Shown: positions 44,337-54,503, counted from the first letter of the stretch. The stretch is 55,184 nucleotides of DNA from Actinomycetota bacterium (GCA_046725795.1 JBKOZI010000003.1:1-55184); one strand, 5' to 3'. Translations and numbers: made by a program. The notes: generated by a model not told the origin, from the letters alone.

Positions 44337-45962
44337 CTAAGCGTGCGCCGGCTCGCCGGCGCGCTGTGGCAGGCGGACGCGAGGGAGGTCCTTTGCGAGC
44401 TCCTCGCTCGCACCGCAGATCGCGCCTCCGGGGCAGTCGGCCGCGGAGACCGTACGCCTCGGGTTCTGGATCCCGAACAGGGACACCACCCCGCCGAATA
44501 TCACGAGCCCGCCTGCGATTCCGATCCCGACCCGGAAGGCCAGGACGGACGAGTCCTTGAGGGCGTCCTCGAGCCTGCGGCGCTCGGAGCCGCGAACGGA
44601 GTCCGGCACCTCACCCGCAAGCGGTCGCTTCTTCGCGTCGTCGATCGCGTTCCGTGCCGGCTCGCTCATGCGCTCACCCGACACGCGCGAGTCGAGTGAC
44701 GAAGCGAACTGCGACGAGACCACGGCCCCGATGGCGGCGATCGCGAGCAGGCCGGCGACCCGCGCGACCGCGTTGTTCACACCGGAGGCGATGCCCGCGT
44801 GCTGCGCGTCCGCATCGCTCAGCACGGTCGCGGTGAGCGGTGCGACCGTCATCGCCAGGCCGAGCCCGAAGACCAGGAGCCCGGGGAGTATCTGGGTCAG
44901 GTAGTCCGCATCGCGGTCGACCGGCAAGAGCAGCAGCAGCCCGACCCCGCCGATGATCGGACCCGCCGACATGAAGAGGCGCGGGCCGAGGCGGTCGGCG
45001 AGCGCGCCGAAGCGGCTGGAGAGGAAGAACAACATGACCGTGAGCGGCAACAACGCGACCCCGGCGCCGATCGCGGTGTAGCCGGCGGTTTCCTGCAGGA
45101 ACAGCGCGAGGAAGAACAGCGCGGCGCCAAGCCCCGCATAGACGACCAGCGTCGCCAGGTTCGCGACCGCGAAGTTCCGCCGCTTGAACAGGTCGAGCGG
45201 CAGCATCGGCTCGGGGCTCCGGCGCTCCTGCGCGACGAATGCGAGGAGGAGCACGAGACCGACGAGAAGCGGCACGAGCACGATCGGGTCGCCCCAGCCG
45301 TAGCGCGGCTGCTGGATCAGCGCGAACACCGGGCCGGCGAGGCCGAGGGCACACAAGACCGCGCCGAGCAGGTCCACGTGCACGTGCTCGCGGCGCTCGT
45401 CGAGACGCTCGGGCAGCGCGGTCGCGATCAGGTACAGCGTGCCGGCGACGGGCAGCAGATTGATCGCGAAGACCCATCGCCAGGAGGCGAACTCGATCAG
45501 GGCCCCGCCGGCAAGCGGACCGATCACGGTCGAGACGCCGCTCCAGGCGGTCCACGTGCCGATCGCGCGCCCGCGCTCGGTCTCGGGGAAGACGGCGACG
45601 ATCGTCGCCAGCGTGCTCGGTACGAGCAGCGCTCCCGCCACCCCCTGGAGCGCTCGAGCGCCGATCAGCAACTCAGGGTTCGGGGCGATCGCGCAGAAGA
45701 ACGACGTCAGGCCGAACAGCCCAGTGCCGAGCGCAAACACGCGGCGGCGGCCGAACAGGTCGCTCAGCGAGCCGCCGATCAGAATCAACGAGCCGAGCGT
45801 CAGCAGGTAGGCCTCGACGATCCACTGCTGTTCCGCGAGGCCGGCATCGAGGTCACGGGCGATCGCCGGCAGCGCCACGTTCACGACCGTGCTGTCGATG
45901 AAGACGATCGCCGAGCCCAGGATGCAGGCAATGAGCGTCAGGCGCTTCTGCCGGTCGCTCAT
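44337..45962 (-). CDS. MFS transporter, DHA2 (EmrB/QacA, 14-TMS) type
   Basis: ...FIDSTVVNVALPAIARDL...WIVEAYLLTL...GSLSDLFGRRRVF. ATG 45962 is preceded by GAGGA (the track TTG 45983 is an alternative). Confidence 0.9.
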   Translation of the reverse strand: MSDRQKRLTLIACILGSAIVFIDSTVVNVALPAIARDLDAGLAEQQWIVEAYLLTLGSLILIGGSLSDLFGRRRVFALGTGLFGLTSFFCAIAPNPELLIGARALQGVAGALLVPSTLATIVAVFPETERGRAIGTWTAWSGVSTVIGPLAGGALIEFASWRWVFAINLLPVAGTLYLIATALPERLDERREHVHVDLLGAVLCALGLAGPVFALIQQPRYGWGDPIVLVPLLVGLVLLLAFVAQERRSPEPMLPLDLFKRRNFAVANLATLVVYAGLGAALFFLALFLQETAGYTAIGAGVALLPLTVMLFFLSSRFGALADRLGPRLFMSAGPIIGGVGLLLLLPVDRDADYLTQILPGLLVFGLGLAMTVAPLTATVLSDADAQHAGIASGVNNAVARVAGLLAIAAIGAVVSSQFASSLDSRVSGERMSEPARNAIDDAKKRPLAGEVPDSVRGSERRRLEDALKDSSVLAFRVGIGIAGGLVIFGGVVSLFGIQNPRRTVSAADCPGGAICGASEELAKDLPRVRLPQRAGEPAHA

Positions 45963-46043
45963 CCCCTCGTCCTCATCGCGCAAAACGTTACTCAGCGTCC
46001 GCGGTTAGACTCACGCTCACCTGACGGTCTCAAGGGGGGATCG

Positions 46044-48314
46044 ATGAACTGGCGTCGCATAGCCTTGGGCGCATCTGCGGCACTCGCGACCGCGGCGGTC
46101 GGAACGGGACCTGCCGCAGCCGCCAGCTCGCACCTCGCCGACGGCAAGCTCTCGGAGTGGAAGGGCGATCCGACGATGCTGTCCGGCCAGACGCGCGTCT
46201 CGAGAGGAGAGCTGATCCATGACGACTGGCTCTACGACGACTACGGCGCCGACCTCGACCAGGCCACCAACCCACCCGCCTTCCGCTCGCAGCTCGCGCC
46301 CACGCAGGGGGACTACCGCTATCCCACCACCTCCTCTCGCTATGGCTACAACGCCGCCGACCTCCGCCAGCTGAGGATCGCGGCCGACGGCTACGGGCTC
46401 CACCTGCTCGTCTTCCTCCAGACCGTCAAGGCGCGCGACGCAGCCGCTTTCACGCTCGCGATCGACTCCGACCGTGACTCGGCCGACACCGATCAGTGGC
46501 CCGACGGCGTCGGCATCGACGCTCCCAAGGCGGACCACTTCATCACCTCCTGGGGCACGGGGGGCTTCGTGACCGACGGCAGGGGTCGCCGAGTTCGAAT
46601 CCGGCGCCAGGCGGTCAACCTAGAGGAGAACGCGATCGAGGTGGACGTGCCCTGGTCGGATCTCGGCAGGTTGAAGAATCGCACTGCGCGCCTCTACTTC
46701 GTATCCGGACTTGCCGATCCCGCGGGGAAGCGCTACCTGCAGCCTCAGACCGGGCAGCCCACCGCGACCACGCCGGGTGGCGGCCAGCCGGGCTCGACCG
46801 CGGCGTTCGACGCCGGGTTCGACCCGGATGAGCAGTTCACGCGATTCGTGAGCCACTGGGGCGAGGAGGTCCAGTCGCAGGCGTTCGCGCAGCGCGACGT
46901 CTCGCAGCTCGGGCAGCGTGTCGACTTCGCCGATCTCGAGGCCGGCATCTCCGACGACTTCGCCCCGGCTCCAGGCCGCTTCTACAACCGGATCTTCCGC
47001 TCCAACCAGGACTACGGCGAGGGCATCACGCTCAAGAACAACCCGTCGAGCCCGGGCGGAAGCCCCGATCCGCAGTTCCTCTCGCCGTACCAGCCGTACG
47101 GCCTCTACATCCCGGCGAGCTACGCGCCCGGTCAGCCGACGCCGCTCCTGATCAACGGGCACTCGCTGGACGTCAACCACAACGAGTACAGGGCGGTGTC
47201 ACCCAACCTCTACAACCAGCTCGGGGACCAGCTGCTGAGCTTTGTGATCACGCCCCTCGCCCGCGGCCTGGACACGTGGTACATCGATGCCGGATTCGAG
47301 GACGTGCTCGAGGCCTGGGACGACCTGAAGGCGAATTACTCGATCGACGACGAGCGCACCTCGATCGGTGGATACTCGATGGGCGGCTACATGACCTACC
47401 GCATGGGCCTCCTGATGCCGGACCGGTTCGCGGCCGCGGCCGCGTACGTGGGCCCGCCCGCCTACCAGCTCTGGGCCCCTCCGTCCCCGCCGCAGCCGTC
47501 GGGGCCCTACCAGGTGGCGGGTCAGACGAACAACATCATCACGAACGCCCTCAATCTCGCTTACGAGATGAACAACACGGGCGCAGACGAACTGGTGCCT
47601 CCGGCCGGTGCGCAGGCGCAGGCGCAGACGTTCACCGACCTGGGCCGGCCGCACGAGTTCTACTTCTATCCCGCCGGTGATCACTTCGCGCTGATCTTCG
47701 GAGACGAGTGGGGGCATACGCAGGGCTTCCTCGAACGGCATCCCCAGCGAGACCTCTTCCCGATCGAGGTCGCATACCGGCGATACCCCTCGATGGATCT
47801 GCCCCAGTTGAATCACCGCTTCGACGGCGCCTACTGGGCGGACGGGCTGGTCGTCCGTACGCCGACCGACTCGTGTGCGGCCGGGACCTCGTCCTGCCAG
47901 AGCGCGTTCGGCCAGGTCGATGCGACCACCTACGGGTTCGGCGGCCACCGGACCGTGCCGATGAACTATCAGTGGACCTACCCGGGACCGCCGCTGCCCG
48001 CGAACGTGACGGGGACGGTGCGTGTGCCTGGTGCCACGATCACGAAAGCGAACGGCTTCGAGGCGACCTTCCAGAACCTGAAGGCGGCCGCGTTCGACAC
48101 GACGCACATGGGCCTCGATCCGTCGGAGCCGCTGGTGGCGGACCTCACGGTGAGCAGCGAACCCGGGCCGTTCACACTGACGCTGCGAGGGCAGTTCGGC
48201 CCCGTGATCGCAACACTCGACGGCGGCCCCGTGACGGTCACGCAGACCGCCGACGGGATCGAGCTGGCGATGACCCTTTCCGCGGGCCAGCACCAGCTCG
48301 TCGTAATCCCGTAG
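46044..48314 (+). CDS. secreted multidomain protein with alpha/beta-hydrolase (esterase/peptidase-like) core
   Basis: ATG 46044 is preceded by AAGGGGGGA. Signal peptide ...GPAAAAS. Nucleophile elbow IGGYSMGGYM. The track ORF 44799..48314 upstream part is antisense to the MFS gene. Confidence 0.78.
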   Translation: MNWRRIALGASAALATAAVGTGPAAAASSHLADGKLSEWKGDPTMLSGQTRVSRGELIHDDWLYDDYGADLDQATNPPAFRSQLAPTQGDYRYPTTSSRYGYNAADLRQLRIAADGYGLHLLVFLQTVKARDAAAFTLAIDSDRDSADTDQWPDGVGIDAPKADHFITSWGTGGFVTDGRGRRVRIRRQAVNLEENAIEVDVPWSDLGRLKNRTARLYFVSGLADPAGKRYLQPQTGQPTATTPGGGQPGSTAAFDAGFDPDEQFTRFVSHWGEEVQSQAFAQRDVSQLGQRVDFADLEAGISDDFAPAPGRFYNRIFRSNQDYGEGITLKNNPSSPGGSPDPQFLSPYQPYGLYIPASYAPGQPTPLLINGHSLDVNHNEYRAVSPNLYNQLGDQLLSFVITPLARGLDTWYIDAGFEDVLEAWDDLKANYSIDDERTSIGGYSMGGYMTYRMGLLMPDRFAAAAAYVGPPAYQLWAPPSPPQPSGPYQVAGQTNNIITNALNLAYEMNNTGADELVPPAGAQAQAQTFTDLGRPHEFYFYPAGDHFALIFGDEWGHTQGFLERHPQRDLFPIEVAYRRYPSMDLPQLNHRFDGAYWADGLVVRTPTDSCAAGTSSCQSAFGQVDATTYGFGGHRTVPMNYQWTYPGPPLPANVTGTVRVPGATITKANGFEATFQNLKAAAFDTTHMGLDPSEPLVADLTVSSEPGPFTLTLRGQFGPVIATLDGGPVTVTQTADGIELAMTLSAGQHQLVVIP

Positions 48315-48334
48315 CCACGCAACCGGGCGTCCGT

Positions 48335-48955
48335 CTAAGCCGGCCGCGGATCGCGCCACATCCGCCAGAGCGGCGGCCCGTCCTCCGGAAGCCTGAACTC
48401 CTCCGTGACCGCGAAGCCGTGACGCCGATAGAGCTCGCGGCTGCGCGGTGAGCCGGCATTGAGGTAGGCGGGCATCCGCTCGCGATCGCAGCGTTCGAGC
48501 ACCGGGCCCATGAGCGCGGACCCGATCCCCTTCCCCTGCCATTCCGGCACCACCCCGAGCGAGTCCAGATACCAGTGCGGCTTGCGGGGATGGCCGGCGT
48601 CCATGACCGTGAGCCCGCGCTGGGCACGGGCCAGATCCCGGCCGAACACACGAATCATTCCCGGCAGCAGCCTCAGCTGCTGAAGGAAGCCCAGCCGCCA
48701 GCGTCCCGGCGGCACCCAGAGCGCCCCACCGATCACGTCGTCGGTCGTGTAGCAGGCGTCCCGCGCGAGGTGGACGGTGCGCAGCATGACGTCGAACATC
48801 TGCCGCGCCAGCTCGATGCGCCGCTCCTCGTCGCGGAGAAACCAGCGCATGGGCGGATCGCCGTCGAAGGCGCGCCCGAGCGCGAGCGCCAGTTGCGGGA
48901 CGTCAGCGAGCGTCACCTTCCGCACACTCAGAGCAAGCGGCGGCGCGCTCGTCAT
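48335..48955 (-). CDS. GNAT-family N-acetyltransferase
   Basis: ...LGVVPEWQGKGIGSALMGPVLE...YRRHGF acetyl-CoA-binding pattern. Confidence 0.88.
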   Translation of the reverse strand: MTSAPPLALSVRKVTLADVPQLALALGRAFDGDPPMRWFLRDEERRIELARQMFDVMLRTVHLARDACYTTDDVIGGALWVPPGRWRLGFLQQLRLLPGMIRVFGRDLARAQRGLTVMDAGHPRKPHWYLDSLGVVPEWQGKGIGSALMGPVLERCDRERMPAYLNAGSPRSRELYRRHGFAVTEEFRLPEDGPPLWRMWRDPRPA

Positions 48956-48971
48956 CGGACGCCCGAAAGGC

Positions 48972-49184
48972 CTACCAGCGGCTCGAGTCGTCGCGCGTGA
49001 ACGAGCGCTTGCCCGCTGGGTACTGCCGCCGGTTCACCGCGATCATGACGCCGATCACGGCGACGAAGATGCCTCCGAGCACCACCCAATCGCTCCAGTC
49101 GCTCACGGTATCGGTGACCGCGAGCGCCAGCACGACTGCCAACAGGACCACAAGAAGCGCTTGCATCCACAGCGGGAACCGCAA
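48972..49184 (-). CDS. small membrane protein (70 aa, two TM segments)
   Basis: TTG 49184 is preceded by GAGGAGGAG at 5 nt. Two hydrophobic helices. Confidence 0.6.
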   Translation of the reverse strand: MRFPLWMQALLVVLLAVVLALAVTDTVSDWSDWVVLGGIFVAVIGVMIAVNRRQYPAGKRSFTRDDSSRW

Positions 49185-49248
49185 ATACTCCTCCTCGCCT
49201 TCGAGATCATCAGCATCTTAACCGCGCCGAGGCGCAAGGAGGAAGAGA

Positions 49249-49683
49249 ATGATCCAGACGATCACTGTCGGCACCGACGGCTCGGACACCGCGAGCAAGG
49301 CGGTCGAGTTCGCGCTCGACGTCGCCGAGAAGTTCGGTGCGAAGGTCGTCGTCGCGAGCTCCTACCGGCCGGTCGCCGAGGATCGCCTGCGCCGGGAGCA
49401 GGAGGAGGCCCCCGAAGACATCCAGTGGTCGATCAACCCGACCCAGGACGTCGACGCCGCGTTGCGGGCGGTCGAAGAGAAGGCACGTGCACGCGGGCTC
49501 GAGGTCACGAGCGAGGCGCGGCAGGGTGACCCCGCGGACGTCCTGGTCGAGATCGCCGAGCAGCACGACGCCGACCTGCTGGTCGTCGGCAACAAGGGCA
49601 TGCAAAGGCGCGTGCTCGGAAGCGTCCCGAACAGCGTCTCCCACAAAGCGCCCTGCTCCGTGGTGATCGTCAAGACCACGTAG
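49249..49683 (+). CDS. universal stress protein (UspA family)
   Basis: ITVGTDGSDTASKAV... and DLLVVGNKGMQRRVLGSVPNSVSHKAPCSVVIV. Confidence 0.95.
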   Translation: MIQTITVGTDGSDTASKAVEFALDVAEKFGAKVVVASSYRPVAEDRLRREQEEAPEDIQWSINPTQDVDAALRAVEEKARARGLEVTSEARQGDPADVLVEIAEQHDADLLVVGNKGMQRRVLGSVPNSVSHKAPCSVVIVKTT

Positions 49684-49691
49684 GCTGAGGA

Positions 49692-50105
49692 GTGATGCAG
49701 GCAACCGATGTGGAGATGCTCCGGGAGGCCTACGAGGCGCTCAACGAGGGAAACATCGAGGGCGCGATTGCGGTCCTCGACGAGGATGCCCAGTGGTGCG
49801 AGCACTCGGACCTGCCCGAGGCCGGCCTCTACAGCGGCCGCGACTCGATCCGTACCTTTCTGGAGAGCTTTCTCGAGAGCTGGCAGGACTTCCACCAGGA
49901 GACAGAGGAGCTGATCCCGGGTGACGGCCGTGTCCTCATCATGTTGCGCTCGCGGCAGCGCGGCAAGGGCAGCGGCATCGACGTGGAGGCCCAGTACGCG
50001 CACCTGTGGACGATGCAGGACGGGCGCGGGGTGCGCGTCGACGCATATTTCGACCGCAAGGAGGCGCTACGCGCGCTCAAGGGCCGCTCGTCGCGCTTTC
50101 ACTGA
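49692..50105 (+). CDS. SnoaL-like / NTF2-fold protein
   Basis: ...LREAYEALNEGNIEGAIAVLDEDAQW...GRDSIRTFLESF... Paralogous in layout to 51814..52218. Confidence 0.82.
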   Translation: MMQATDVEMLREAYEALNEGNIEGAIAVLDEDAQWCEHSDLPEAGLYSGRDSIRTFLESFLESWQDFHQETEELIPGDGRVLIMLRSRQRGKGSGIDVEAQYAHLWTMQDGRGVRVDAYFDRKEALRALKGRSSRFH

Positions 50106-50870
50106 GCCGGCGAGCCCGGTGAGAAGCACCAGCGCGGCAAAGGCGACGTAGAGGGCGCCGCGCGCACCGCTGCCGTCGAGCTCGTCGGGGTAGCGCAGCA
50201 CGGCCACGAGCTCGAGCAGCCCGAGCGTCGCATAGGCGTAGGCAGATCCGGCCAGGCGGCCGATCTCGTTTTCATAGGCCGCCTGGAGGGCGGCGGCGCC
50301 GAAGCCGACGAGAAAGGCGCCGATCGCGCGCGCGGTGAGGGGCGTGAGCGTCCACGGCCACAGCGAATCGGCCGTGTCGGGTGCCACGAATAGCGAGACC
50401 CCGACGCCGGCCAGCACGAGGCCCTCGCCCACGAGCAGAAGCCGAAGCGCCGGTGCGAGCGGGTGACGCGGCGGTGCGGGAACCTGGGGTGCCCGGCGCT
50501 GGAACCAGAGCCCGGCGGCCAGCAACGGCGGAACCGCGAAGTAGGCGCTGATCCAGAACCACCCGAAGACGCTGTCCTTGTGGAACTTGTCGTCGTGCAG
50601 CAGCGTTGCGACGAGCAGCAGCACCGCGATCAGCGATACCGGCAGCACGAACGGCCGTGCCCGGACCCAAAGAGACTGTCGCGCGCTCCAGGCAAACAGC
50701 ACGAAGGCGGCCCAGTACGCGCCGCCCAGAAAGGCCGCCGTGAGGGGCGGCTTGATCGTCCAGGAAAAAGTGTCGTCGGTATTTCCGGAGAGCAGGTAGA
50801 GAAGCACGCCGGCCGAGAGCGCGAGCGCGGCGAAGAGCCAGAGCAGGACGCGAAGCTCCCGGGTGAGCAC
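50067..50870 (-). CDS. integral membrane protein, unknown function
   Basis: About 8 hydrophobic segments and good GC3. Its 3' end overlaps the convergent SnoaL-like gene by 39 nt. Confidence 0.68.
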   Translation of the reverse strand: MLTRELRVLLWLFAALALSAGVLLYLLSGNTDDTFSWTIKPPLTAAFLGGAYWAAFVLFAWSARQSLWVRARPFVLPVSLIAVLLLVATLLHDDKFHKDSVFGWFWISAYFAVPPLLAAGLWFQRRAPQVPAPPRHPLAPALRLLLVGEGLVLAGVGVSLFVAPDTADSLWPWTLTPLTARAIGAFLVGFGAAALQAAYENEIGRLAGSAYAYATLGLLELVAVLRYPDELDGSGARGALYVAFAALVLLTGLAGSVKARRAALERA

Positions 50871-50882
50871 CCGTGGAAGTTA

Positions 50883-51758
50883 CTATCCGCCGAGCGCGGT
50901 CCCTGCGAAAAGGCAGGGAACGGTGTTGCCGAAGGCGTTGCCCTCTTCCGACTGGAACGTGACGCTGACCTGCGTGCCGCTCGAGGTGCTGTACGAGATC
51001 GTGCCCTCGGCGCCGTCGTCGTTGGGGTTCGTGATCACCGAAAAGGTCTCGCCCGGATCGAGGTCGTTCTCCTGCCGGTAGAAAGATGCGTTGCCGGGAT
51101 CCCTGTTCCAGGAAACGTGCAGCGTGGAGTCCGGCACGGTCGTCGTCGCGACCACCGCCAGATCCGGACCGTTGCCGCAGCTGGCGCGAAGGATGAGGCC
51201 GCCCAGGTTCAGCACGTCCGTTTGTACGGTCCCGACCGTACCGCGGAAATCGATGCGCGCGGCGTCGAGCCCGTCGAGGCGATCCGAATTCAGCCCGGTT
51301 GCGACGCCTGTCGCGTTGGTGGTGAACGGACGTCCACCGCTCTTCGTCCGGATCTGGCCCCCTTCGGACCCTCTGGTCGAGAACTCGAACGCGTGCCCGG
51401 TCTTGAGGTTGTTCGAACGGATGCACGGCTCGCGGCTGAGCTTCGTGCGGCATCCGTAGATGGCACCACCGCCGTCGCCATTGCGGACATTGGACTGGCG
51501 CGTCCCGTAGGACTTTGCCTTGGAGATGAACTTGGTCTCCTTCTTCGCGCTTCCCCTCGCGGGATTGCGCTTCCCCTCCAGCAGGACGCTGCCCGTGGCG
51601 CCGATCGCGAACGGCGACACGGAGAGCGCCAGCACGACGGCGCTCGCGAGGACCCAGCGGCCGTGGCCGTGGTCCAGCCGGCGCGGCTTGCGCGCCCGGC
51701 GCGTGTACTCGTCGATCGCCTCCACCCAGGCGCGGTCGTCCAGACGATGATCGCCCAT
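50883..51758 (-). CDS. membrane-anchored extracytoplasmic protein, unknown function
   Basis: Short cytoplasmic N-terminus, TM (WVLASAVVLALSV), then a Gly/Thr/Ser-rich beta-type domain containing NSDRLDGLDA. I chose ATG 51758. The track start 51815 would overlap the divergent gene start. Confidence 0.6.
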   Translation of the reverse strand: MGDHRLDDRAWVEAIDEYTRRARKPRRLDHGHGRWVLASAVVLALSVSPFAIGATGSVLLEGKRNPARGSAKKETKFISKAKSYGTRQSNVRNGDGGGAIYGCRTKLSREPCIRSNNLKTGHAFEFSTRGSEGGQIRTKSGGRPFTTNATGVATGLNSDRLDGLDAARIDFRGTVGTVQTDVLNLGGLILRASCGNGPDLAVVATTTVPDSTLHVSWNRDPGNASFYRQENDLDPGETFSVITNPNDDGAEGTISYSTSSGTQVSVTFQSEEGNAFGNTVPCLFAGTALGG

Positions 51759-51813
51759 CGGGGGCGCAATTTCGACGCCACGCTCGCGCGTCCTCCCGCG
51801 AGATACTGCGGCC

Positions 51814-52218
51814 ATGAGCGCGCAAGCGGAATTTCAGCTCGTCTGCGACACGTGGGATGCGTTCAACCGGGACGACTTCGAGGACGGGCTCTCGAGGATC
51901 CACGAGGACGCGGTCGTGGTCCCTTTCGGCGCGGCCATGGAGGGCAAAAGCTACAAGGGCCACGACGGAATTCTCGATTGGTTTCGGAACGACATTCGCG
52001 CGAACTGGGAGCAGTTCCACACCCATGCCCGCGACTTCAGGAAAGTCGGTGACACCCTCGTGGTGTTCGGACAATGGCGTGCACGCGGTCGCGACAGCGG
52101 CGTCGTCCTCGAAGTGCCCGCGACCTGGGCGGTGAAGATCCGAGACGGGAAGATCGCCTACTGGCAGACCTTCACCGATCGCGACGAGGCGCTCGCGTTC
52201 GTCGGGTTGCACAAGTAG
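51814..52218 (+). CDS. SnoaL-like / NTF2-fold protein
   Basis: ...CDTWDAFNRDDFEDGLSRIHEDAVV...GHDGILDWF...IAYWQTFTDRDEAL. Confidence 0.82.
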   Translation: MSAQAEFQLVCDTWDAFNRDDFEDGLSRIHEDAVVVPFGAAMEGKSYKGHDGILDWFRNDIRANWEQFHTHARDFRKVGDTLVVFGQWRARGRDSGVVLEVPATWAVKIRDGKIAYWQTFTDRDEALAFVGLHK

Positions 52219-52266
52219 CCGCCGGTCGGTAGATTGCGGGGCCGAGCCGGGACCTGGGGAGGGCCC

Positions 52267-53775
52267 GTGAGTACTACTTCGAGGCGACTTCGTTACCTGA
52301 CAACGCTGCTCGCGGCTGCTGCGGTCAGTCCCGCGTGCGCAGTTCCGGCAGCGGCCTCCGTGCCCGCTCAACCGATTCCCGAGGGCCCCGAGGCCGACAG
52401 CGTGCCCGCCTTCATCGGCGCCCCCGCGAGCCCGAGGCCGGCGCGGGCGCCCACCGTGCCGTCGCATCCGTTCATGGCGGCCAACGGCCGCAGCAACATC
52501 CACGTCGACGCGTACCAGACAGACACCTACACCGGCAGCGGGCCGCTCGGCCGCAACATGCAGCGGCTCTCGACGTTCCAGGCCTCGGAGTGCGCGTCCG
52601 TGACGTTCGATCACGCGGGGAGGATCGTGGCGGTCTGCGTCGGGATCGAGCACCCGCGCGTGGTCCTGCTGGACCCGCTCACGCTCGACCTGCTTGCCTC
52701 CTTCGACCTGCCGCCGCGCCAGCTGAGCGCGAGCGGCGGCAACCCCTTCACCGACTTTTCCGGCGGCGGCTACTTCTACCTCGACCACCTCGACCGCGCG
52801 GTGATCCCGACCACCACGAGGCACATCTGGGTGATCGGCCAGACGACCGGCCCGCTGGGCCCGGCGTTCACGCTCGCGCGCGACTACGACGTCAGCCTCG
52901 CCGTGCCGCTCGGCGACTCGATCATCTCGGCGCTTCCCGACTGGTCGGGACGGATCTGGTTCGTCTCGGCCGCCGGCGTGGTCGGGACGGTCGACCCCGC
53001 GAGCGGGGCGGTCAAGTCACTGAACCTCGCCGAGAAGATCGGGAACTCATTCGCGGTCGACGAGACGGGCGGCGTTTTCATCGTCTCCGACGGCGGCTTG
53101 TACCGCTTCGACGCGACCGCCTCCGGAGCGCCGGCGATCACCTGGCGCGAGCCCTATGCGAACACCGGCGTCAAGAAGCCCGGCCAGACCCAGGCCGGGT
53201 CGGGCACCACGCCGACGCTGATGGGAAAGGCCTACGTCGCGATCACCGACAACGCCGATCCGATGGACATCGTGGTCTTCAGGCGGGAGAAGTCAGTGAG
53301 TAAGCCGCGACTCGTGTGCGTGCAGCCGGTGTTCGAGAAGGGTGCGAGCGACACCGACCAGTCGTTGATCGGTGCGGACCGCTCGATGGTGGTCGAGAAC
53401 AACTACGGCTACAGCGGGTTGGCCGCGACCGAGCAGGGCGCCACGACCACGCCCGGGATCGAGCGAGTCGACATCAACAAGAGCGGCACCGGCTGCCGGA
53501 AGGTCTGGCACAACGACGAGCGCGCGCCTTCGGTCGTGCCCAAGCTGTCGCTCGCGACCGGGCTCGTCTACACATACACGAAGCCGCCGACGAGCGACGG
53601 CACCGACGCCTGGTACTTCACCGCGATCGACTTCCACACCGGCCAGACGGTCTACAAGCGCCTGGCGGGCACCGGGCTCGGGTTCAACAACAACTACGCG
53701 CCGGTCACGATCGGGCCCGAGGGCTCAGCCTACGTCGGCGCCCTGGGCGGCCTCGTGCGGCTGTGGGACCGCTAG
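52267..53775 (+). CDS. secreted hypothetical protein (beta-propeller-like repeats suspected)
   Basis: GTG 52267 is preceded by GGGGAGGG. Signal peptide RRLRYLTTLLAAAAVSPACA. About 500 aa and beta-rich. No family recognised. Confidence 0.7.
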   Translation: MSTTSRRLRYLTTLLAAAAVSPACAVPAAASVPAQPIPEGPEADSVPAFIGAPASPRPARAPTVPSHPFMAANGRSNIHVDAYQTDTYTGSGPLGRNMQRLSTFQASECASVTFDHAGRIVAVCVGIEHPRVVLLDPLTLDLLASFDLPPRQLSASGGNPFTDFSGGGYFYLDHLDRAVIPTTTRHIWVIGQTTGPLGPAFTLARDYDVSLAVPLGDSIISALPDWSGRIWFVSAAGVVGTVDPASGAVKSLNLAEKIGNSFAVDETGGVFIVSDGGLYRFDATASGAPAITWREPYANTGVKKPGQTQAGSGTTPTLMGKAYVAITDNADPMDIVVFRREKSVSKPRLVCVQPVFEKGASDTDQSLIGADRSMVVENNYGYSGLAATEQGATTTPGIERVDINKSGTGCRKVWHNDERAPSVVPKLSLATGLVYTYTKPPTSDGTDAWYFTAIDFHTGQTVYKRLAGTGLGFNNNYAPVTIGPEGSAYVGALGGLVRLWDR

Positions 53776-54339
53776 CGGCCCGAACAGCCGCCTGATCGCG
53801 AGACCTCCGTTCGCCCACAGGGCGGGCAGCCAGAGCGGAATCCCGAGGAAGTCCGGCTCTGTGTAGTCGAAGGCGCCGAGAGCGTGGATCGTCGCCTCCA
53901 CCGCAGGTCCCGCGACCGCTGCGACCAGCGCGAAGGCCCAGTCTCCAGGCACCGCCACGAAGGCGAGCCGGACGCCAAGCAGCACCAGCAGCGCCACACC
54001 GAAGAGCGCCGCATCCGGCCCGTTGGCCGCCACGCTGGTGACGTAGAGACCCCCAAGCAAGGGCAACTCGCGCAGTCGCTCCCACGTGGTCCAGGCTCGC
54101 GGCCCACCTTCGCCGGCCCAACGCTCCAGCACCGGTATCGCGAGCACGACCGCGACGCCCGCGAGCCCGAACTCGAGCGGCACGAACCACGCGAGGCGGC
54201 CGAAGAGCTCGTTCGGGTAGGTCTCGACGTCGCCGTACGCGTGGATCGCGTCGAGGGCGGTCCCGAGCGTGGCGCCGAGCAGGAAGGCGGCGGCGAGGCG
54301 GCGATCGGTCTCTCGTCGAAGCAGCGGCTCAGTGACCAC
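53725..54339 (-). CDS. integral membrane protein, unknown function
   Basis: GTG start, about 5 hydrophobic segments. Its 3' end overlaps the convergent gene by 51 nt. Confidence 0.62.
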   Translation of the reverse strand: MVTEPLLRRETDRRLAAAFLLGATLGTALDAIHAYGDVETYPNELFGRLAWFVPLEFGLAGVAVVLAIPVLERWAGEGGPRAWTTWERLRELPLLGGLYVTSVAANGPDAALFGVALLVLLGVRLAFVAVPGDWAFALVAAVAGPAVEATIHALGAFDYTEPDFLGIPLWLPALWANGGLAIRRLFGPLAVPQPHEAAQGADVG

Positions 54340-54503
54340 TCAGTGGTCACGGTCGTAAGTACGGTCGTGCTTGGGCGAGCGAGAACCAAGGCTGGCAAGG
54401 ACGCAGGGAGGCCGCATGCCTAATGGCATGTGGCCGACCGAGGACGCCGCCAGACGCCGGTTCGCAGCCGACCAAGTGCGCGCGTATTTATGGCCGTGAC
54501 CAC

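Noticed and set aside
44799-46043. First 415 codons of the 1171-aa track ORF 44799..48314
   Set aside because: It is antisense to the DHA2 MFS gene. The real protein starts at ATG 46044 with an SD and a signal peptide.
46593-46602. GTTCGAATCC, a tRNA T-loop-like string
   Set aside because: The flanking bases cannot form a T-stem (CCGAG versus CCGGC) or an acceptor stem. It also lies inside the well-supported 46044..48314 CDS. I found no tRNA-like cloverleaf anywhere in the window.
50272-52824. 850-aa minus-strand ORF, with 50463..52052 on the + strand
   Set aside because: Arg/Gly/Pro-rich junk that spans four independently supported genes on both strands.
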